Source: Moniliella sp. 'wahieum'
Taxonomy: Eukaryota
DNA length: 64,000 nt
NCBI GenBank assembly: GCA_003971905.1
Contig: RSEE01000024.1
Location: 310,001 to 374,000 of the forward strand
Direction: 5' to 3'
The notes under the pieces were generated by a model. It ran no database searches. It saw only the letters and a list, made by a program, of their open reading frames with translations, and was not told the origin of the DNA. Position 1 is the first letter of the stretch; the number at the start of each line of letters is the position of its first letter. Below, one piece after another: positions 48,901-59,173 of the stretch. The translations under genes were made by a program, and so were the position numbers.

Positions 48901-49439
48901 GGAACGCGTCGTCCTGCGAGTAGCGTTTGGGCCGACCGAGGACAAAGCGGGCGCAGCATGAGGTATTGCGTGTGCAGAGGGTAGCTCATCGGGAACGCTG
49001 CCAATGCGCGTTCAAACACGAGGGTGATACGCTGGAGCGCAAGGCGCTGGGCTGCGTTCCCGAGGAACCCGAGGCGGGGGCCTGCCAGGCCGAGGTCGGG
49101 GTCGGGAGCAGGGAGTGGGGTGTGGGAGGGCAAGGGGTCGGCAAGCTGGTTGTGCGCGCGGACATGGGCAATGTAGGAGACCCATACCCGCTCCGACGTG
49201 GCTCCGCTCTGCTGCAACGATGTTTCCCACGACGCGTCCGACGCGGGCACCAGGCCGGGAATGGCGAGCGGCGAAGGCACGGGCCAGGTGAGGGGGAAGA
49301 GCGACGTGGCGGCGGCCAGCTTGCTCGGCTGGGGCGAGGTGGGGGCAGCGGTGGGTGGGTCTTCTGGATGGAGTGTGGATGGCGGTGGCGGTGGCGAGGG
49401 CGAGGGCGCCTTGGGCTTGCGGCCCCGTTTGGGCGGCAT
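45952..49439 (-). CDS. SYF1: Pre-mRNA splicing factor Syf1/XAB2 (HAT repeats; intron 46507-46613; frameshifts)
   Basis: Motifs MPRLWIMYL, RRTFDRALRTLP, LLRRNPHDVAEWEKR, SLKLWSFYLDL, YGGTKMERARDLFEQAL, ERKLGEVDRARAIY and EETFREMLRIKRSVQA. Confidence 0.95.
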
Positions 49440-50758
49440 GGCGAGATGGTGGTGGAGTTGCATCCTTCGATCCCAGCCCGCGTCCTCGCAGCGGAAGCAG
49501 CGGATTACCTAACGCACAGGGCTCGTTTCAAGTTGCAATAGGCAGGTGCATGTTTCAATGTGTCTATAGCGCACTGTTGATACTGGGTACGGAGTGCTTG
49601 TTAATTAACCGCCAGCCGACAAGAGAAGCGCCGCTGTTGCGACTGGTCGCCTGAATCGGTTGGGGATGTGGGCTCAGCAGCAGCCCACCTACTGCCGCGT
49701 AGAGGTCGAAGACCTAAGAGAGTAGAGATGGTTTGAATCGGGGTATCATCTGTTCGATAATCATCGATTATCGCCACCTCACGCCTCTCGGCTGTAGCAG
49801 CACCGTCCCCGTCCAATACACTGGGGCGATGGCCACCCAGCCATGCATTACCCGCGGGTTTTGATGGCAGGCTGTCGGCGGGGTTCAGATCCCCATCTCC
49901 AATCACCCTGCGTTCAAGTTGAACATTACGGAGTTGGAGACTACGTGGCGCTTGCGGAGTGTACTGGAAAAAAAGCGGTGGCTCTTGCTCAGTAGTGTAA
50001 TTTTTTATCAAAAGCGGCTCTTCTGCTCAGTGTAATTTAACCAATCAATGTGGCTCGTGCCCAACAGTGTAACCAAAACCAATTATTGCTGCAAGTCGTC
50101 TCCCTATAGTTCAGGCAGTCCCCAGTCCCTACGGATGCATCGAACCAGGGAGATGTGTGATGGAGCAAACGCCCCGCAGGTAGTCCCTTGTCCAGACCCT
50201 GCGCCCCCACACCCCGCCGCGATCGCAATGGGGCAACGCACACCAGCGCGGGAAGGAGGGAAGAGGGGAGGAGGGAAGAGGGGGAGGCACACAAGCGAAG
50301 AGATGCAGGCAGTGGGAGAAGCAAGCTGTCTTACGGGCAACTTCCTCGACCTCCTCCTCCTCCAGAGACAGCCCCACTCGAAAAACAGCGCACCGATCCC
50401 CTGCCCCCCCCCTCCGCCGCGCACTCCATCGGTATCGCCGATGCTGATGACTAGCAACGGACGAGCAGAGTGGCGCACCAGGCGATTCCGCGGTGTCTAC
50501 ACTTGCGGAGAGAGTGTGGTGTGACGCCTACCCTTGCAATAGTGACCGTTTACTCAATATGATTATGTTCAAGTCGGAGACGGAGAGAAGCGGAGAGATG
50601 CTGCCCTCACCCCAGCTGCGTCCCCCAACACGCCCGCCACCCTTACCACGCCCGCCACCTCCTCACCCCGCTGTAAGGATGAGCGGCCTGTCGCATCCCT
50701 TCTAGACCGGACACCACCACCTTCACCCCCTTCACTCTCTTCGACGCCTGCATAGACG

Positions 50759-52258
50759 ATGCCGCATTATCTCATTGGTGCGTCTCCCTATCTCCGTCGC
50801 CGTCCGTCTCTTCTCCGAGGAAAGTCGCTGACCCCATCTCGCAATACAGAAGCGAACCGCTACGAATGTGATGATGATGTGTTGCGAGGCGCGCTGACGC
50901 TTTGTGGCATGTCGACGGGGCTATCATCGAATGCGTATGCCGATCTACACCACATCGTTTCCCCCATCCCCGTAGTGTTTATCCCTCCCACGCCACCGTC
51001 CAACCCCACGTCAACTGATATTTCGCCTATCGTGTCTGGCTTTTCCTCTCACGATCCCACCGGCGACGGTGACGCTTCTCGTGCCCGTTCCAGTTTCACC
51101 TCCGTTGACACTGTCATGGCTTCAGGGCCAGATTCTTCCCCTACCCATCCCCCCACTCGCATTACCTCCCGCGACCGCACGGACATGCCCCCAGCCCGTC
51201 AACCTCGCCCTTCTCGGCACTCGCGACCGGCGCCAGACCAGCAGGGCGAGCCAAGCGTGAGCATCCAGGTGGAGGCTACGGCGCCAGCTAAGCCCCCCAG
51301 GACCCGGGATCGGAGTATCCGATGCGACGTGGTCGCACGCCCGGCTGACCCATTGGTGCGTCCGTACGGCTGTGGCGTACCGTGGTGCAAGTTGCAGTGG
51401 ATGCGGATCTTTACGCCGGACGCGTCTGAGATTCCCATCCTGGAGCGGTGCCTCTCTCGCCTCCCGTCCGATCAACAGGCGCTTTTGGAACCTGAGCACA
51501 AGGAGGAGCGGACGGGGATCTTGGCCACATATGCCACGGGCAAAGAACTGCAAGAGCATGTGCAACGGTGTCATGCTGCACTTGTGGGTGTGAAGCACGC
51601 CACGGGGGTAGTGGCGGCCGTGCGAAATTCGCTGTACATGTGCTCCCTGCCCCACTGTCTGGCAGGGTACAACAAAGTGCAAGCGATTGAATACCACATC
51701 CAAGTGACTGGCAGGGGCGTCAAGCATCTGTGCCACGGAGCGCTTCAAAAGGACCCTGATGAGGGGGTGCGTTACGCCACCGGCCCTTGTTCCAAGGGCA
51801 TGACACGCGCCGAAGCAGCCACGTTCATGCAGCAGGCGGGCTTGCTTCGAGCGGCACCCAAGCCAATGGCCTGCATGGCCGAAGCGCTGGGCCAAGTGCG
51901 CAGTCCACTCGATCTCGCTCTCACCCTCCAGGTCGGAGGGGGGGACAGCGAGTATACGCAGTACATGGGTGCCCAAGTCCACTCGTTCCCGTGCAACCGC
52001 ACGTTTGAGGATACCAAGGGCCTGGCGTACCACCTTGCCTGCAAAGGCTCGGGCCACAATGCCATTGCTCGCCTTGCCCTGAGCCGGATCGATGCGGAGG
52101 AAGCCGGTGCGCCAGCTACCCGGAACGCAGATGTGGACGAAGCGAATCCCCTGCTAGCTCGTGCTGTCCAGCTGTTTATCCAGGCCATGAAGGAGTGCCC
52201 CCGGCTGAGTCGGGCTGTTATGCGTGTCCTCGACGACCAGCAGAACGCTGAAGCATAG
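50759..52258 (+). CDS. Atypical C2H2 zinc-finger protein, copy 2 (499 aa, intact)
   Basis: RPYGCGVPWC...YATGKELQEHVQRCH; YMCSLPHCLAGYNKVQAIEYHIQVTGRGVKH; FPCNRTFEDTKGLAYHLACKGSGH. Confidence 0.75.
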   Translation: MPHYLIGASPYLRRRPSLLRGKSLTPSRNTEANRYECDDDVLRGALTLCGMSTGLSSNAYADLHHIVSPIPVVFIPPTPPSNPTSTDISPIVSGFSSHDPTGDGDASRARSSFTSVDTVMASGPDSSPTHPPTRITSRDRTDMPPARQPRPSRHSRPAPDQQGEPSVSIQVEATAPAKPPRTRDRSIRCDVVARPADPLVRPYGCGVPWCKLQWMRIFTPDASEIPILERCLSRLPSDQQALLEPEHKEERTGILATYATGKELQEHVQRCHAALVGVKHATGVVAAVRNSLYMCSLPHCLAGYNKVQAIEYHIQVTGRGVKHLCHGALQKDPDEGVRYATGPCSKGMTRAEAATFMQQAGLLRAAPKPMACMAEALGQVRSPLDLALTLQVGGGDSEYTQYMGAQVHSFPCNRTFEDTKGLAYHLACKGSGHNAIARLALSRIDAEEAGAPATRNADVDEANPLLARAVQLFIQAMKECPRLSRAVMRVLDDQQNAEA

Positions 52259-53966
52259 TGAAGCTGCCTGGTTTGCAAACTATGCCACTCTGCAAGCATA
52301 CTGCTCAATGCACCACACCCACTCAACACCTCCGACACCACCATCTTGCCACACCGCACTTTTTCCTGCATCTGACATACCTCATCATCTCATCATTTTG
52401 TATTACATCTTGTCCTGACTCGATCCTACCTCATCATCTCATCTTTTTGTATTACATCTTTGCCTGACTCGATCCGTTCTGCTTGGGCCCGTTCATCTTC
52501 TTGTTTTCCTTGTTACTTTCTTGGGCGTCCTGTTCCCACGGCACCGTGAGGCAACGCCGTCTGGCCTGATTTGTAGTTGTGGAAGCCAGGCCCTGGCTTG
52601 AGTTGCTGCACGCTTGCCATCAGCAGGCCACATGTGTACACTCCCTTTCCCATTGCTTGTACTCCCCTCTGCGACACCACATCTCCTCTTCTTCCGCATC
52701 TCCTTCCCTTTCCCTTTCCTCTCGGTCACCTCGGTCGTTACTTGTTTATCATTCGTTGAAGTTCTGTTCTGTGGGCTTTAGAGACTAGGTGTCTCCTAGG
52801 TCAGGGTCTTTACGGTTTACGTGTCACTACAGTACTAAAAAAACGCATCTGTTTTGGACATCTCCGTCTTTTGTTTCTCTGCATATTCCACTTAGTCCGC
52901 ACCGGTTTGTTTGTTCCACTTAGTCCGCACTGGTTTGCGTGTTCCACTTAGTCCGCGCCGGTTTGTGAGGTATGTATGTGATCGTTAAGAGCATATTGTG
53001 CAGGTACCAACCATCAACGTATCCCTCGATCTTTGTTCTGCGACAGTCATTGACAGTGCTTACGGCTGAGACACAACCAACTGGACCAAGTGCTGCGCCT
53101 AATAAGCCGACACGCTTATCCGGCGTGCAGTGTGTTTCTTGGTGGCGCCCACCCCGTTTAGTGAGCCAGGGGAATCGTCAGATCCGGATCCTCTCAGTGT
53201 GGTGCCCGCCATCCGTTCCGATAAGACTTGCCCGGAGTAGCGCGTGTGGATACGGATGAACATATCATTGTGGTCGATATCCGAGCGCCGGTGAGAACTA
53301 CATCATCTCCATTGGGACTCACTGCAGTATAGTTCAGTATTTCGTTTCTGTGCCAACACACATCTTGCTTGCTGTCTTGGTACCAATGAGAGTCCGTGGA
53401 GGCACGGGCTCCCATTGAATGTTGAGGCTCAACCCTAAAGCTACGAACTCCATCCACTAATTGCCTCGTTGGGCTGTTCTGTAACATGTAATCCCCTCCC
53501 CCACCGTAAATTACATTGCACTTGCTACCACGGTGACCCAGCGACTGAAGCAGACGATGGAAGCAGGCGAAACCCCCTGCGGCACTAGTAAAAATATCAT
53601 CGAATCCGATAGCACTTGCTCGTGGAGGGATGCTGGGTGTGGGATGCGGGGCAAACCATAGGCCAGAGAGGGCTAAGTGCACAAGCCGTTTAACCACCCT
53701 CAGGCTTTGCCTCGCCCCACGACCCACCCTCTCCGCTCGGTTTCTTCTACGGTTGGGGCCCGCCCTGCCTGTGGAAGAGAAGGTGGCACACCAGCGCTCC
53801 TACCTGCTTGCCGTCCCATGCGAAAGCGTACACAGTACATGTATACGTAACCAAGTGCATAGACGGACGAGGACACCCGTTCCAGAACCAGATCCAGTTC
53901 CTGCGCCCACTAACCACCACGAATCACAGCGACCCCACCAGGAGGGAAGGCAAGTGTTCTGAGCGC

Positions 53967-55892
53967 TTACACCCGCAGCGCCCGTACCGAGTTGCCGCTC
54001 ACCAGTGCTAGCCAATCGGGTTCCTTCCATTTGGCCGTCTGGCTTCCGGGTGCCGGGCTCTGGCCCGGCGGCAGAACGCCCTTGGTGTATTCGTCCCACT
54101 CCTGCACGACCGTGTCGCTCCTGGGGTGCGACGCTGTGCTCACCGGCGGCTCGGGCTTGACAAATGGCGCCCGTAGCCAGGCGACATTGTTGACCATCTC
54201 GTGGGACGTGTAGGCGAGCACGGGCTGCTCCACCGGTACACGAGACGAGTAGGAGGAGGCCGAGTAGGTGGACATGCTGGTTGGCGCAGGGCTCGGCGCA
54301 CCGTGCATGCTCATCGAGCTGTGCGAGTGACCCGGGGTCATCGAGTTGGAGTTCCGACTGCGGCGGCCTTGTTGGCTTGCCGTGCGTAGCGTCGCACTGG
54401 CCAAGTCGTACACCAAGCACTGACAGTCGTCCGCGCCTGTGCACACCATGCCTTTCGACGGCCCGAGTCCGGCCCAGCCGCCCTGCGGCCCCCACGCCAC
54501 AGCATTGATGCTGGCTGTGTGGCCACGCAGTTCGAGAATGGGCGAGCCTGGCGCGCGGACATCCAGCACCTGCACCGTATCCGACTCGAGGTTGAACGTG
54601 GCGAGGTAATTCGCATCCCATGGGTTGAATGCGATCCGGAGCAACGGCGGCGCACGTACTGACGCAGCACTTGCACTCCCATTCCGCGTCGGAGGCCGGG
54701 ACAGCATGCTGTCCGACGACGAAGTTTCGTAAATGATGGTCGAGTTTTCGAGATTTTGCTGGTCAAAGATGCGCACACTCCCATCCGCGCCCACCGTCGC
54801 AAACACATCCGAACTCCCGGGGCACCAATCCACATCGTACACTTCGCGATCGTGGGCGATGAGCTGGGTAAGCGCGGTGCGCGTAGGCAAGTCCCAAATG
54901 GTGCACGTGGTATCGATGGAACTGGTAACGATGAGCGAGGGCGAAGGCACGTTCCAGCTAAACGACGTCATGGGCGCTGGCGGGCTACTGGCTGAATTGG
55001 AATGTGCCAACACGCTCTTTTCCGCCAACTCGAAGCGCAAGTTGGTCGCCACCTCGCCCCCCGCGTGACGGCGCGAGGATTGTTGATATGCGACGAGGCA
55101 CGTCGCGATTCTTCCTCCACCTCGGCCGCCGTGCCGGCCCACTGCTCGTTCCGACTGATCTCCCAAATCCGAAGCGAGTCGGCCGACGAAGCGAGCAACT
55201 CGCGGTCCGGGTAAAAGTCAGGTAAGCCAACGCTCGCAGCGGCCTGCGCAGAGGATTCCTTGGTATTGGGACTATAGTTGTTGGCCGCTGCCACAGCAGC
55301 TCGCGGCTTCGGACCGGCGCGGGCGCCGCCGGCACCAGGAAAGGTCGGCGCAGAGGAAAGCGTCGAGGGCTGGAAAGCTAGTTTGGTGGCTGGGTACGGG
55401 TGGGACGCATCGGCCAGCAGCGGCATCTCCGGTTGGCTGCAGATCGTCAGCAAGGGTCAGCTCCACGAAGCAAGAAGGGAGAGGGGAGTGAGGAGGAGGA
55501 GGAGGAAGGAGAGACTGCGCACCCATCAGGGCCCACTTCGAGCCCAACGATCTGCACTCGGTTGGCAAACTCCTCAAAGAAACTGCCGATGGCCAAGCGG
55601 CCGCCCTCGGGGATGGGGCGGTGGTGCGGGCGACCGCGGCGGCTGGCGCGTCGGCGGAGATCGCCCGAGTAGGGAGTGTCGGCAGAGGCAGATGTGTGCT
55701 GGCCCGTCAGATCCTCAGAGAAGTCCGTGTTGGAGGAGATGACGGGCGACGAGGACCAGGCCAGCGAGTAGAGCGGCCCTGGCGGAGCGAGCGGGGCGGG
55801 GGCAGGGACAAAGCCAAGCGAAGGTCAGCAGCCAAGCGCAGGCAAGGAGAGGAGAACGCACATGGTGCTTGGTACTCAACGAGCGGAGCCAT
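53967..55892 (-). CDS. DCAF7: WD40 scaffold protein, DCAF7/WDR68/AN11(TTG1) family, copy 2 (intron 55437-55522; frameshifts)
   Basis: Same motifs as copy 1, including TQLIAHDREVYD and PPLLRIAFN, with the intron in the same position. Confidence 0.9.
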
Positions 55893-56798
55893 AAGGGGCG
55901 GCGGCGGAGAGGTGGATGGGCGCGTGGATGCGGGTGGCGTGCGTGCTGCTGCGGATGGATGTGGATGCTGGTGTGGGTGCGCCGTTGGTCAGGGGCGGGG
56001 CGGAGCCAGGGCGGAACGGCGGGGCTCGGAATGCGCGCTGGGCCGCGCTGCCGTATCTGTGCGACTCAGCTGCAAGTCACGTGATCCCCAGGTGGCCACC
56101 AATCAGCCTGATTGCTCAGCGCAACTAAAGGGGCACGAGGACAGAGAGGGTTGTTCCTCCGTTGCTCCGTTGCTACAGAGAACCAATGGGGTACCTGGTT
56201 GGCCTCCCGCACATCCTTGATTGCTACCCGTTGTTCCAGCGTCCAAGGAATGAGGCGTGGTACGCCCCGCTCTTCCTTCTTCGTTCAAGGGGAGCCAGGG
56301 TTCAGTGCCTATCTTGTAGGAAAATGGCATGCATGTAATGGATCCGGCAGAAAATAAACCACGGATATCTGCGGGAGCATGGTGATGGACTCTGCCCACT
56401 GCAGGTGTGGTGCTGTGTGAGGCAAAGAGGGGGTGAGGCCAAAGAAAGAGCGGCGGGGATTGGTGGTGGAAGCTGGGCACGACGGATGAGAGGGCAATGT
56501 CGTCGTTCCATCCGTTCGATTGTCGTGCGGCATGGGCATCCGGAGGGAGCGCCCTGGTACTAGGCACGCTGGTTGGTGGTTGGGCTGCGGCGACCATTGG
56601 GAGGAGGCGCTATGCTGGCCTGGGATCGTATGATGGCTAGGGATGGATGGCCACATCGCTACTTCAGAGCACGCATCCCGGCGGGGCACGCGGGCGGAAC
56701 CAGCGCGGGCGCATTCCGCGCGTGGTCTTCCTGCGGCGCACTGGCCGCGCTGGGCTGGTAAAGTATTGGAGCAGTGCCTGGGGAAGCTACCTGCGACC

Positions 56799-58685
56799 AT
56801 GTCCGCCGTGCCCGATGGCTCTGCCTCGGGGGCTGCCTCCCTGAGCAGCGCCCTCGGCACGCTCCTCCCGCACGAGGATGGCAACCCCATCTCTCCGCCG
56901 GCCTGGGCCTGATGGTGCTCGGCGCCGGCTTTGGCATCTTGAAGCGCGGCGCAACCACCGGCCTGGGCGGCCTGCAGCGGCGCATGTTTGTCTCGCTCGA
57001 AATCACCTCCAAGGACCCGGCCTATCCCTGGCTGCTGTACTGGATGGGCAAGCAGGCTGCCGCTGCGTCGCTGCGCGAACAAGGGAGGCTCCCTGTGCTG
57101 CCCAAGGAAGTTGCTGCAGCTTGCGGGGCTTCGAAAGCCGCCTGCCTACTCCCTCTCGCCCGGGCGCGACGGCACGCCCAACCCACTGCAGTTGGCGGAC
57201 GAGTCGTCGTTGCAGCCGGTCCGGATGATCTCCCACGACTTGTCCGTCGAGACGTCGGTCACGTCGGGGGCCGAGGGCGAGGCACAGCGGTCCAGTACGA
57301 CCTTTATTCTCGTACCTGGGCCGGGCACGCACTACTTTCGCTACCAGGGCCGGTGGATGCGGTTGCACCGCGACCGTGTGGAACGGGCAGCGGACTTGAC
57401 GACGGGCAAGCCATTTGAAACGATCAAGTTGAGCACGCTCCGGGTCAACGCGCTCTTGTTCCCGCACTTGCTCGAGGAGGCACGCCGATTGGCTCTGACC
57501 GCACTGCAGGGCAAGACGACCATCTTTACCTCTTGGTCCATCGAATGGAGACCGTTTGGACGACCGCGCCGACCACGCGAACTGAGCAGTGTCATTCTTC
57601 AGGAGGGCTTGCGCGACAGCCTATTGGGCGACGTGGAGCGCTTCCTCGACCGGGGCAAGTGGTATGCTGAGCGTGGTACGTATATGTATCTTTTGTTTGG
57701 TCGGTTCGCGCGGTTCGCGTGATTTGCGCGGGTAGGGATGCCCAGCTAACCTGTCTGCCCTACCCTCTTCCTAGGCATTCCATACCGCCGCGGGTACCTT
57801 CTTCATGGAGCGCCTGGCTCAGGCAAGTCTTCTTTCATCATGGCGCTTGCTGGGTACCTCGACTACAACATCTGTCTTCTCAACCTTTCAGAGCGGGGGA
57901 TGACGGACGATCGCTTGACCCACCTCTTGTCGAATGTACCTGAGCGTTCGATCATCCTGTTGGAGGACATTGATGCTGCGTTTTCCGGGCGGCAGAGCAC
58001 AGGGGAGGACGGGTACCAGGCCAACGTGACGTTTTCCGGGTTGCTCAATGCTCTCGACGGCGTGGCGAGCGGAGAGAGTCGGATTGTGTTTATGACGACG
58101 AACCATGTGGAAAAGTTGGATCCGGCTTTGGTCCGACCTGGTCGCGCCGACGTCATAGCCGAGTTGGGCGATGCCGAGCCGGAACAGGTCCGACGCCTCG
58201 TCAAGCACTTTTACAAGGGCGCTATGTCCTACACTCCCGCCCGCCCAAACAAGACCGAGACCGTGAACGAGACCGAGACCGAGACCAAGACTGGGACCGA
58301 GACCGAGACCGAGACTGAGAACGATAAGCGACACCCCGCTGCCGCTGCCCTGCCGCCTTTGTCAGGGGACACTATCGATGCGCTGGCTGACCAACTTGCG
58401 GAAGCTACCCATCGTGTATCTCTGTCTCGCAGAAAGACATTGGGATTGGACCCCACAGGTCGCTACCTTACTACGGCCAGTCCGACCGACAGCCACCTCG
58501 CTGCGCAACGCACGGCTATTGGGCCCCGCCCTCCGGCTAGGGGAGGCGTGAGCATGGCAGAGCTGCAAGGCCTGTTCATTCGGTACCCAGATGACCCGCA
58601 GAGCGCTGTGCAGGCCTTTATCGATGAGAGCAGGGCCAAAGAAGCTGAGGTGTTTGAGCTGCAAGCCTCGGGACAAGGGCAGTAG
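56799..58685 (+). CDS. BCS1: Mitochondrial AAA chaperone Bcs1 (intron 57676-57774; frameshifts; start uncertain)
   Basis: Motifs [93 protein letters not shown] and [10 protein letters not shown]. Confidence 0.95.
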
Positions 58686-59173
58686 CTACCGCCCCAAAAA
58701 TCACTATACTATACAGCCATCGGCATCGGCACCACTCCCTGCGACCTACATGTAGCGTTTGCGTTTGCCCCCAGAGCGATTGTCAGAACCCCGAATGCGG
58801 ATCTAGACGTCTCCGTCTACGCCAGCCTGGGCGTTCACACGTCTAGGATTCTCTCCTGCACTGTCGCCCTATCCAGAAGAGGAAGATAGCGCTGAGCAAG
58901 GCGAACCCACTGGTCTACCGTAGCGCTGTTGTCAGCGAGTCCGTCAGCACGAAGTAGAGTACTACACTACCTCTGTCTGCTACGGGGAAGGAAAGCCGAT
59001 AGATGACGAACCGATCAGTTGTTTGCTAAAACGATAGAGAAGCGGGGAGGCGGGTCTGGCAGCTCCCCCAGCTCCCTCAGATCCACCAGACCCAAACAAA
59101 ACCCCTCAAATGCACAAATGCACAACTCCTCAACCCTTACCCGTCAAACCCTTCAACCGCTCACCGCCTCACC

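Larger units (their letters stand above)
49638..56198 (-). repeat. Right arm of ~6.5-kb inverted duplication
   Basis: Reverse complement aligns with 35179-41765. Confidence 0.93.

Noticed and set aside
42748..49439. HSF1 and SYF1 (also RKI1, AMD1, BCS1) as pseudogenes
   Set aside because: Motifs are fully conserved and I see no accumulation of nonsense changes. The breaks are isolated 1-bp indels in normally important genes, so assembly error is more parsimonious.
35179..56198. Inverted repeat as a mating-type locus or a giant TIR transposon
   Set aside because: No homeodomain, pheromone/receptor, HMG or transposase gene is recognisable, and the arms carry ordinary cellular genes.
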